A stretch of 64,000 bases of DNA. Origin: Octopus sinensis (lineage: Eukaryota). Positions 52,646 through 64,000 of the stretch are shown one piece after another. Numbering within the stretch: position 1 is the first letter of the stretch; every line of letters starts with the position of its first letter. Both the position numbers and the translations under genes were made by a program. The stretch spans positions 14,198,001 through 14,262,000 of the forward strand of contig NC_043004.1 of assembly GCF_006345805.1 (NCBI RefSeq), given 5' to 3'. The notes under the pieces were generated by a model. It was not told the DNA's origin. It searched no databases and saw only the letters and a list, made by a program, of their open reading frames with translations.

Positions 52646-54846
52646 AATCGATCTAATTAATTGCATTTCTGACAAACTCTACCGAAGATTTATAGATGCA
52701 AGTGTAAGTAAAACTACATATTGCATTAGTAATGAAACAATTGTATAGAGTCAATCTATTTTATTCGTGTATTTCACTTTCCTTCAGTTAATGTGTGTTG
52801 ATTCTAGTTGGAACGGATCTTCTGTGGTTGCTTCGGAGCTATTTTTAGCACTAGAGTTATCCACATAGTGGATGACTCTCTAATAATTTATGTATAAATT
52901 TGTATTTCCTCCGTAGTTTTTTGTGCTAAGCCACTTGGTGTTAATTGACGGTATTATTAAATTAATATCGATTTTTCACCCTCATTTATAATTTTATAAA
53001 TTTAACTACGCGGCAGTCAATATTTTATTTGATGCGGCATACGTTTCCAATGGAGTCTAGGCATGCTTTTGGCGCGAATTTGAGACATAACTAAAAATGT
53101 AATTGGTTGGACCGCTCGTGTTTTTGACGCCCGAATCGATCTAATTAATTGCATTTCTGACAAACTCTACCGAAGATTTATAGATGCAAGTGTAAGTAAA
53201 ACTACATATTGCATTAGTAATGAAACAATTGTATAGAGTCAATCTATTTTATTCGTTGTATTTCACTTTCCTTCAGTTAAATGTGTGTTGATTCTAGTTG
53301 GAAACGGATCTTCTGTGGTTGCTTCGGAGCTATTTTTAGCACTAGAGTTATCCACATAGTGGATGACTCTCTAATAATTTATGTATAAATTTGTATTTCC
53401 TTCGTAGTTTTTTGTGCTAAGCCACTTGGTGTTAATTGACGGTATTATTAATTAATATCGATTTTTCACCCTCATTTATAATTTTATAAATTTAACTACG
53501 CGGCAGTCAATATTTTATTTGATGCGGCATACGTTTCCAATGGAGTCTAGGCATGCTTTTGGCGCGGAATTTGAGACATAACTAAAAATGTAATTGGTTG
53601 GACCGCTCGTGTTTTTGACGCCCGAATCGATCTAATTAATTGCATTTCTGACAAACTCTACCGAAGATTTATAGATGCAAGTGTAAGTAAAACTACATAT
53701 TGCATTAGTAATGAAACAATTGTATAGAGTCAATCTATTTTATTCGTTGTATTTCACTTTCCTTCAGTTAATGTGTGTTGATTCTAGTTGGAAACGGATC
53801 TTCTGTGGTTGCTTCGGAGCTATTTTTAGCACTAGAGTTATCCACATAGTGGATGACTCTCTAATAATTTATGTATAAATTTGTATTTCCTCCGTAGTTT
53901 TTTGTGCTAAGCCACTTGGTGTTAAATTGACGGTATTATTAAATTAATATCGATTTTTCACCCTCATTTATAATTTTATAAATTTAACTACGCGGCAGTC
54001 AATATTTTATTTGATGCGGCATACGTTTCCAATGGAGTCTAGGCATGCTTTTGGCGCGGAATTTGAGACTAACTAAAAATGTAATTGGTTGGACCGCTCG
54101 TGTTTTTGACGCCCGAATCGATCTATTAATTGCATTTCTGACAACTCTACCGAAGATTTATAGATGCAAGTGTAAGTAAAACTACATATTGCATTAGTAA
54201 TGAAACAATTGTATAGAGTCAATCTATTTTATTCGTTGTATTTCACTTTCCTTCAGTTAATGTGTGTTGATTCTAGTTGGAAACGGATCTTCTGTGGTTG
54301 CTTCGGAGCTATTTTTAGCACTAGAGTTATCCACATAGTGGATGACTCTCTAATAATTTATGTATAAATTGTATTTCCTCCGTAGTTTTTTGTGCTAAGC
54401 CACTTGGTGTTAAATTGACGTATTATTAAATTAATATCGATTTTTCACCCTCATTTATAATTTTATAAATTTAACTACGCGGCAGTCAATATTTTATTTG
54501 ATGCAGCATACGTTTCCAACGGAGTCTAGGCATGCTTTTGGCGCGGATTTGAGACATAACTAAAAATGTAATTGGTGGACCGCTCGTGTTTTTGACGCCC
54601 GAATCGATCTAATTAATTGCATTTCTGACAAACTCTACCGAAGATTTATAGATGCAAGTGTAAGTAAAACTACATATTGCATTAGTAATGAAACAATTGT
54701 ATAGAGTCAATCCATTTTATTCGTTGTATTTCACTTTCCTTCAGTTAAATGTGTGTTGATTCTAGTTGGAAACGGATCTTCTGTGGTTACTTCGGAGCTA
54801 TTTTTAGCACTAGAGTTATCCACATAGTGGATGACTCTCTAATAAT

Positions 54847-54848
<2 letters not shown>
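52646..54848. repeat. Satellite array, ~490 bp unit x ~4.5 (block 1)
   Basis: aatcgatcta unit starts at 52646, 53134, 53625, 54116 and 54602. The last unit is truncated at 54848, then (TA)n. Confidence 0.97.
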
Positions 54849-54877
<29 letters not shown>

Positions 54878-55599
54878 ATGTATATACATATATACATATA
54901 TATATATATAAATATATATATATACATATATATATATAACTTACTTAGAAAGGGATGTGTGGCGTTCAGTCATATAATAATAGAAATAATATATAAATAT
55001 ATGCATATATACTTACATATATGTACATGCCTACATACATATGTATATATACATGCATATATAGGTACAGGATATCAAAAACCTTGAACACAATGAGACA
55101 CGAAACCATAAAAACAAAATTATAGAAGACGAACTTCTTCTTCGAACATCGAAGAAAACAAACAGTGAAACGAGACATGCAACATAAAGAATATACTCCT
55201 TCATCAGTTGTCCCTTTTTCATCAACCCCGCGCTACGAGGGCAAGGACAATACGCGGCTTCTTTGAAACAGTCCTTCCCGCAAAGCAATTAAATATAATT
55301 TGGGATATATATGTGTATATATATATATATATATATACATGTAAGAAAAGAAATGGAGCAACAATTAACAATTAGAAGTTAATCATTGGTATTAAAAGTC
55401 ATAGTTTAATTGTAGTTAAAAAGCATATACAGCGGGTTCTGCTTGCTAGTTTCTGTTTGTTATACCTACGGTTACATTTGTCCCTTAGACGGTTGCATAA
55501 CCTCTAACTCATAATTTTTCTATAGCAATTTATATATATATTATTCATTTATATATACACACACACATGCATATTTATGTAGAAAGTTTTGTACAAGCA

Positions 55600-55667
<68 letters not shown>

Positions 55668-55693
55668 TATATATATATATAGATATATATATA

Positions 55694-55745
<52 letters not shown>

Positions 55746-55791
55746 ATATGTATATATGTATATACATATACATACATATATATATATATAT

Positions 55792-58002
55792 AATCGATCT
55801 AATTAATTGCATTTCTGACAAACTCTACCGAAGATTTATAGATGCAAGGTAAGTAAAACTACATATTGCATTAGTAATGAAACAATTGTATAGAGTCAAT
55901 CTATTTTATTCGTTGTATTTCACTTTCCTTCAGTTAAATGTGTGTTGATTCTAGTTGGAAACGGATCTTCTGTGGTTGCTTCGGAGCTATTTTTAGCACT
56001 AGAGTTATCCACATAGTGGATGACTCTCTAATAATTTATGTATAAATTTGTATTTCCTCCGTAGTTTTTTGTGCTAAGCCACTTGGTGTTAATTGACGGT
56101 ATTATTAAATTAATATCGATTTTTCACCCTCATTTATAATTTTATAAATTTAACTACGCGGCAGTCAATATTTTATTTGATGCGGCATACGTTTCCAATG
56201 GAGTCTAGGCATGCTTTTGGCGCGGAATTTGAGACATAACTAAAAATGTAATTGGTTGGACCGCTCGTGTTTTTGACGCCCGAATCGATCTAATTAATTG
56301 CATTTCTGACAAACTCTACCGAAGATTTATAGATGCAAGTGTAAGTAAAACTACATATTGCATTAGTAATGAAACAATTGTATAGAGTCAATCTATTTTA
56401 TTCGTTGTATTTCACTTTCCTTCAGTTAAATGTGTGTGATTCTAGTTGGAAACGGATCTTCTGTGGTTGCTTCGGAGCTATTTTTAGCACTAGAGTTATC
56501 CACATAGTGGATGACTCTCTAATAATTTATGTATAAATTTGTATTTCCTTCGTAGTTTTTTGTGCTAAGCCACTTGGTGTTAAATTGACGGTATTATTAA
56601 ATTAATATCGATTTTTCACCCTCATTTATAATTTTATAAATTTAACTACGCGGCAGTCAATATTTTATTTGATGCGGCATACGTTTCCAATGGAGTCTAG
56701 GCATGCTTTTGGCGCGGAATTTGAGACATAACTAAAAATGTAATTGGTTGGACCGCTCGTGTTTTTGACGCCCGAATCGATCTAATTAATTGCATTTCTG
56801 ACAAACTCTACCGAAGATTTATAGATGCAAGTGTAAGTAAAACTACATATTGCATTAGTAATGAAACAATTGTATAGAGTCAATCTATTTTATTCGTTGT
56901 ATTTCACTTTCCTTCAGTTAAATGTGTGTTGATTCTAGTTGGAAACGGATCTTCTGTGGTTGCTTCGGAGCTATTTTTAGCACTAGAGTTATCCACATAG
57001 TGGATGACTCTCTAATAATTTATGTATAAATTTGTATTTCCTCCGTAGTTTTTTGTGCTAAGCCACTTGGTGTTAAATTGACGGTATTATTAAATTAATA
57101 TCGATTTTTCACCCTCATTTATAATTTTATAAATTTAACTACGCGGCAGTCAATATTTTATTTGATGCGGCATACGTTTCCAATGGAGTCTAGGCATGCT
57201 TTTGGCGCGGAATTTGAGACATAACTAAAAATGTAATTGGTTGGACCGCTCGTGTTTTTGACGCCCGAATCGATCTAATTAATTGCATTTCTGACAAACT
57301 CTACCGAAGATTTATAGATGCAAGTGTAAGTAAAACTACATATTGCATTAGTAATGAAACAATTGTATAGAGTCAATCTATTTTATTCGTTGTATTTCAC
57401 TTTCCTTCAGTTAAATGTGTGTTGATTCTAGTTGGAAACGGATCTTCTGTGGTTGCTTCGGAGCTATTTTTAGCACTAGAGTTATCCACATAGTGGATGA
57501 CTCTCTAATAATTTATGTATAAATTTGTATTTCCTCCGTAGTTTTTTGTGCTAAGCCACTTGGTGTTAAATGACGGTATTATTAAATTAATATCGATTTT
57601 TCACCCTCATTTATAATTTTATAAATTTAACTACGCGGCAGTCAATATTTTATTTGATGCAGCATACGTTCCAACGGAGTCTAGGCATGCTTTTGGCGCG
57701 GAATTTGAGACATAACTAAAAATGTAATTGGTGGACCGCTCGTGTTTTTGACGCCCGAATCGATCTAATTAATTGCATTTCTGACAAACTCTACCGAAGA
57801 TTTATAGATGCAAGTGTAAGTAAAACTACATATTGCATTAGTAATGAAACAATTGTATAGAGTCAATCCATTTTATTCGTTGTATTTCACTTTCCTTCAG
57901 TTAAATGTGTGTGATTCTAGTTGGAAACGGATCTTCTGTGGTTACTTCGGAGCTATTTTTAGCACTAGAGTTATCCACATAGTGGATGACTCTCTAATAA
58001 TT
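55792..58002. repeat. Satellite array, ~490 bp unit x ~4.5 (block 2)
   Basis: Unit starts at 55792, 56283, 56775, 57268 and 57758. Truncated at the same point as block 1. Confidence 0.97.
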
Positions 58003-58756
58003 TATATATATATATATATATATGTATGTATATGTATATACATATATACATATATATATATATATAAATATATATATATACATATATATATATAACTTAC
58101 TTAGAAAGGGATGTGTGGCGTTCAGTCATATAATAATAGAAATAATATATAAATATATGCATATATACTTACATATATGTACATGCCTACATACATATGT
58201 ATATATACATGCATATATAGGTACAGGATATCAAAAACCTTGAACACAATGAGACACGAAACCATAAAAACAAAATTATAGAAGACGAACTTCTTCTTCG
58301 AACATCGAAGAAAACAAACAGTGAAACGAGACATGCAACATAAAGAATATACTCCTTCATCAGTTGTCCCTTTTTCATCAACCCCGCGCTACGAGGGCAA
58401 GGACAATACGCGGCTTCTTTGAAACAGTCCTTCCCGCAAAGCAAATTAAATATAATTTGGGATATATATGTGTATATATATATATATATACATGTAAGAA
58501 AAGAAATGGAGCAACAATTAACAATTAGAAGTTAATCATTGGTATTAAAAGGTCATAGTTTAATTGTAGTTAAAAAGCATATACAGCGGGTTCTGCTTGC
58601 TAGTTTCTGTTTGTTATACCTACGGTTACATTTGTCCCTTAGACGGTTGCATAACCTCTAACTCATAATTTTTCTATAGCAATTTATATATATATTTATT
58701 CATTTATATATATACACACACACATGCATATTTATGTAGAAAGTTTTGTACAAGCA

Positions 58757-58849
<93 letters not shown>

Positions 58850-59099
58850 CAAGCACAATTGCGCACATAGAACTCGAAACCTGAAAGAGTCAACTCGTTA
58901 GAGTATAAGTCTCGTGTAAATTTTTATCGCCTTATCAAATAACAAGTTAATATCTCAAGGTAGCTGATAGTATTACTTTGAAATATTCATAATGGAAAGA
59001 CGGCCGCTGAGTAGCAATAGTTATAGTAAATCATGCATAACTTACAAAGTCATACCTTTACTTGTGAACAAGGTAAAGATTTGGATATATTGGTTCTGG

Positions 59100-60420
59100 T
59101 AAAACCTAGCAAAATAAATATTCGCCTCAGTAATCAAATAATTTCTATCTCTCTATCTTTCTTTAATTTCCCAGGCCGTTGACAACCGTAAGACCGACAA
59201 GATTAACACTTTATTTATAAGCTGTATGTCAATGTCTGCAGAACCAAATGTGCAGCGAGGGAATCCCAATAGGTTTATGTTTTGAGGATAGAGAACTATA
59301 TGTAATTATTCTGGCGGTTCTTAGGAGTAGTGACGAGGATATTAAGGCAGCTGAGAGGAAACAAAAAGGCGATATCAGATTTGTGGGGGTAAAGATTGGA
59401 GTATTTTAATGAGCATCTTCATACTAGTCATAACGATCTTTCTATATACGCTATCTAGGATGTGAGTGTTTGCTCAAGATATACAATCAGTGGTGTGAGA
59501 GCCGTAGCGAAACTCACAAGCGCTTTGTTGAGATATATTCGTTGTTGGGAGCGAAAATGATCTCTGGCTCTGATGCAGAATATATTTTTTTTGTGATGGC
59601 GAGGAAGTGAAATCACTGGTCAAATCTTCCATTTTAATGACCTTGATGATTCTAGCTCATGTTTAAAAGTGTGGGTTCAGATAAATTATCGTAATATTTG
59701 CGTCAATGCTGTCTTTGTGATACTGAAGTTGAAAACATTCACACGATCACATTAGGAAAACTTTTCGAGATCTCTACTACCGATTATTCTTTCGCCCTTG
59801 GTGTAGATTTGTAGGAAGTAAAGACGTTGTGAAGTATTTTCCAGTCACTAATCTAGCTGCTTCTGATGAGAAGGGATTAAGCACTTGCGACACCAAGGTT
59901 AGTTTGTTTAACTCGGTGAGGCTCCGACAGGTCCGCTTGCTTGCAGTTTCATAAGGGTTTAATGAACGTAGCTTGCTATGTGAATGTGTAGTAGATTGTT
60001 ACGATAAAGCAGTGGCCAGACTATTCGAAATATGCTTATACAGTTATGGATTAGCTCAGGTTGGGTTTGGAGCTGAGACAGAACTTAAGGGTGTCTTCTT
60101 GGTCAGAGAGTGGGGTGAAGATGAAACAAACTGATGTAGAGATTTGAGTATTGCGAAAGATTCGTTTCCTGAACCGGAACCAAAAATATGACATAATAAT
60201 GAGAGAAGTTCTAAGAGGATTGAACTGATGTCTGTTTGAGGGGATTGAATTGATGTCAATGCCCTCGATACACAAAGATATACACAAAGAATTATTGGTG
60301 GTTGGGTCGGAATTATAGTGAAAGCATATATATTTGGCGGAGTTATAGATGGATATTTTGAGTCAAAGTAAGAGGAAATGTTTGTTGCTAATACTGAGGT
60401 GAGAGAGTTGAAGGGCGGGG
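59100..60420 (-). mobile_element. Heavily decayed CR1/Jockey-like LINE
   Basis: TSVCFIFTPLSDQEDTLKF (APE PLGSSDH-like), EFRYGSHTTDC (QFGFRxxRST-like), LNILVTTPK..SILKNINLLG. Many stops. Confidence 0.4.
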
Positions 60421-61809
60421 AGAGTGTAATTTATATGTGCGCAGACTTGCCATTTAGCTTAAATTACTTGCATTAAGTAAATTTAGAAAGCATGCCACTT
60501 GAACGTTTTCATATTAACTAACATATTCAATTAATCTTCTTTTATACCTTATGTTGGAAATGATAGCAGTAGAGTGAATAGGCTATCTCCGCTCGTATTT
60601 CAATAATCAATTTTAAATATTAAATGTTAATGTGCTTCATAAAAACTTAAATAGAAAAAAACATAAACTCATTTCCCACTTTCATTTCAATATTGCATTT
60701 GATTTCCTGTCATATTTTTAAAAATTAAAAATATTGAAGCTAATATGTTAGAAACATTTTAGCACCTTTTATAAACGACTTTAATTTATCAGAAACAGTT
60801 ATTGAAATATAGTATGTGCATGTTTACTCAATGTAAACTAAATATATATTAATTTAACACAATCAAATACAAACAACATTAAGCCAACTGATAAAAAATA
60901 AAGAAATATAAAGCGAAATTACAAAATTATATTTTATACAAAACATTAAAGCAAAACTTAATGATATCATTATGTTCTGATATTCAAAATTTGCGACCAT
61001 TCTCTTCCACTCTGTTCCCGACCAACATCCGCTGACAGTCTGCAAATTTGATCCTACCTAGCACCTCTAGGTAAGAAAGAGGCTACTACTTAAGTATTCT
61101 CTGAGACACAAATCGGTCACCTTTTGTGTAGAATAATTCTTAGCAGTCCAGGCTACATTGTAATCTCCAACTTAATGATGAAGAGGGGTAATTGTGTTTT
61201 AATTGGTTTTGTCTAATTGTTCTTGACTAATTGGTTTTGTTTAATGCTTTAAGTGATCTTGTCTAAGCATGTCTGCGAGCACCTTCGCACGTAATAACTG
61301 TTACATATATTGCATATTCAATTCGTTAAAAGTTACTATTTCTCTTAAATAATATTTGTTGTCTCAAATGCTCACAAAACCCCTGCTACCACAAACTATT
61401 TGTTATACCTAGAAACAGTGCACTGCATTGCCAACTAATCGATCGTTCTCTCACTCGGTGGTTATGTCTTGGAAAGAAAGGGCACGATTTTAATCTCCTG
61501 ATTTTGCAATATCTCATACATATTGGAAACTGTCATAAACAACTTCATTTATCATCTCTATCTATTTCCATCTCTTACATAACGATTTCAACAGTTTGGA
61601 TAGAAAAATAAAATAAAAACTTTTTCCTGTTGCTTCATGCAATAGTTGCCTCTATGTCTTCAAAATTTGAATTAAGCGATATTGTATTTGAAACCAGACC
61701 AGAAGATTTGCCGACTATATAGGGGTAGCTATATTAGTAGCATTATCCTGAGTTTGAGAATTAAAAAATCTCTTCTTTATTATTATTATTGTTGTTGTTG
61801 TTGTTACGG

Positions 61810-62190
61810 TGGTGAGCAGGCAGAAACGTTAGCACGCCGGGCGAAATGCATAGCGGTAGTTCGTCTGTCTTTAAATTCTGAGTTCAATTTTTCGCCGAGG
61901 TCGACTTTGCCTTTCATCCTTTCGGGTTCGATAAATTAAGTGCCAGTTACGCATTGGGGTCGATATAATCGACTTAATCCGTTTGTCTGTCCTTGTTTGT
62001 CCTCTCTGTGTTTAGCCCCGTGTGGGCAATAAAGAAATAGGTATTTCATCCATCGCTATTTTCTGAGTTCAAATTCCACCGTGGTCGACTTAGCCTTTCA
62101 TCCTTTCGAGGTCGATAAAATAAGTACCAGTTGTGATCGACTGTGTCCCTCCTCACAAAATTCAGGCCTTGTGCCTATAGTAGAAATGAT
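61810..62190 (+). mobile_element. Two adjacent SINE copies (second octopus-type family)
   Basis: gcagaaacgttagcacgccgggcgaaatgc..gccgaggtcgactttgcctttcatcctttcgg at about 61820, and gagttcaaattccaccgtggtcgacttagcctttcatcc at about 62065. Confidence 0.9.
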
Positions 62191-62699
62191 TATTGTTGTT
62201 GTTGTTTTCTTGTGATTGTTATTAAATAGAATTTGCTGAAATTTAAATCTAAAAACGTCTAGACAAATTGTAATTTGCGGCCTCATACGATAGTAAAGAT
62301 TAACACACTGGAAAATATTATTGCGTTAATCTCATAACCCAGCTCTGCTGGGTATATGATACTAATTTACATGCAGAATTGAGATGGAGAATCTGTCAAT
62401 GTTTTAAAACGAAGATACACTGTTTTGCATTACTATAACGATAGAAAGATGTGATTTGAGAGTGAAAGGGGAAATAGTTTACATTATTGTATACATATCT
62501 ATCTGGACGGACGCTAGTCATATCGGCTCCACGTAAGTTGGCCACTTTTACATGTTTAAAACTCCTTGTTGTCAAATATTTTGTTTTAATCGTTGTGCAA
62601 GTTCATTCACTAAAAAACCTGAGAATTATTCACGTAGAATTCCGCCCCTGTATGGGCGAAATTACAAAAAAACCTTCAAAACTTTCGTGGGTTTTTTAG

Positions 62700-64000
62700 C
62701 CATTTTTCATTTTGAAAATGGCAACTAGAAACCACGTGGCTAGCCCGCCAGTCATGCAGAACGGTAGCAAAACACTATTGCTACCACTAGCTGCTAAACA
62801 TCGCAGCGTGAACACCGCTGTCACCACCATCACCACCACACCAACAACAACAACAAATCTAACGTCGCATTCACCATCGCCGCGGCCAAAGACATTACTT
62901 AGAATTCCCCTCACTCCCCACACCACTTGTTGATGATAAAGGAACAGAGAAAGGGATTTCAAAAATGAATACAAACGAAAACATGAATGCCAGCACCACC
63001 ACCATCACCCACCAACAACAACAACAACGAAATTGGCACAAAGCCGCCTACCAAAGACAACACCGCCAACACCAACACCACTACTACGACGTCAAATGCT
63101 ACATCCAAGCCTTCTGCTGCTAATACCGCCAACACCAACACCACTACCATGACTTCAATTAACACTGCCACAATTAACACTTCTACTGCCAAATTCAAAA
63201 CGAATTTTGCGGACGTAACAAAACAAAAAAGAACAATTGTAACATTCACCACACAAGAGATAAACCGCACAAAGGCACTCTTCTCCAAAGAAGGAGACAA
63301 ATTGCACCTTCATATTCCACAACACATCGTGGAAAACACACAAAAAAAAAACAATAATTTATAAAGTAATAAACAAAAAAACAAGAAGAACAGAAAATGC
63401 ACCGCAGGAAAAAATCGATAAATGCCTTCGTCCTGTATGGGACTCCAAGGAATATATCAGTTGGGGAAACAAATTTGGTACAGTCCAAGTACGTTTCCTC
63501 AACGAAAGTTTAGCAAAACGTTTTTCCACATTGGAGCTGCATTCGGACGACTTGGTAATGATACCAGTCTATTTAAACAAAAGGGTCACGAAAGTCCAAT
63601 AAAAAAACATACCATTTGATGTCGAAACACAATGGTTGGTCTCTGCCATCTGCTTTGAAATGTCAGAGACAATGTCAGAGACAAACATCCTGGAAATCGC
63701 GGTTCTAGGAGAGAAAGACTATGTGGGCAAATCAATCGAATTCCTGCTTCAATTGGATGAAGCAGCAAGAGAGAAGATACCCACCGCTATAGAACTGCCA
63801 GGAGGCTACAAACTCTATATAGTGGTAGAGGGCAGGCGACCACGCTGCTATTTGTGTGGAAGCGAAACACACTTGAAAAAGACGTGCCCAACCACTGCAC
63901 ACCAAGAGCAACAACAACAACCACTACCACAACCAAAGCACTCCGGAAAAAAAGCTCTACTACCCACACCACCATCAACACAGAAGACGACAAGAGAAGC
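62700..64000 (+). mobile_element. L1/Tx1-like LINE 5' region and ORF1 (gag-like), runs off the window
   Basis: Thr/Asn-rich leader, then KFGTVQVRFLNESLAKRF..KNIPFDVETQWLVSAI..IVVEGRRPRCYLCGSETHLKKTCP with a CX2CX4HX4C knuckle at 63846-63887. Frameshift near 63360 and stop near 63600. Confidence 0.8.

Larger units (their letters stand above)
52520..58810. repeat. Tandem segmental duplication, ~3146 bp period
   Basis: The array start at 52646 recurs at 55792. The following unique flank (54930-55600) recurs at 58095-58760. Diagnostic variants in satellite units 4 and 5 are shared. Confidence 0.93.

Noticed and set aside
55180-55225. Minus-strand caactgatgaaggagtatattct (also at about 58340-58380)
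   Set aside because: CUGAUGA plus a weak stem, but GAAA is absent. At most a dead terminal-repeat remnant.
52646-58002. Satellite as a CRISPR array, rDNA/5S or histone repeat, or retrozyme array
   Set aside because: Units are near-identical over their full length with no spacers. No rRNA or histone sequence and no CUGANGA/GAAA hammerhead core on either strand.

Overview
This is AT-rich, microsatellite-dense animal genomic DNA. The tRNA-derived SINE families look like those I recognise from Octopus (coleoid cephalopod) genomes, which is an inference from family resemblance. I found no convincing host protein-coding exon. Most ORFs in the supplied track are translations of (TA)n/(TATC)n/(CA)n/(TAA)n repeats or antisense frames of transposons. 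The window is mostly a transposon graveyard. It holds one near-complete but disabled RTE LINE (23781-27835, minus strand, APE + RT + three C-terminal C2H2 fingers), four R4/Dong-type remnants that mostly abut trinucleotide microsatellites, and CR1-like, HERO/NeSL-like, Penelope, L1/Tx1 ORF1, mariner, pogo and possible piggyBac/Gypsy fragments, plus about a dozen SINEs. There are two near-identical tandem duplications (1363 bp and about 3146 bp periods), the larger one carrying a ~490 bp satellite. The most interesting signal is a recurring association of three things: (TA)n-embedded short elements, minimal type I hammerhead-ribozyme motifs and long fold-back palindromes. The best case is a near-canonical hammerhead at 9614-9658 inside a circularly permuted/inverted ~365 nt unit. 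This suggests a non-autonomous Penelope-derived or retrozyme-like system. A repeat-poor stretch near 30100-30500 has housekeeping-promoter-like motifs. All structures were read by eye, not computed.
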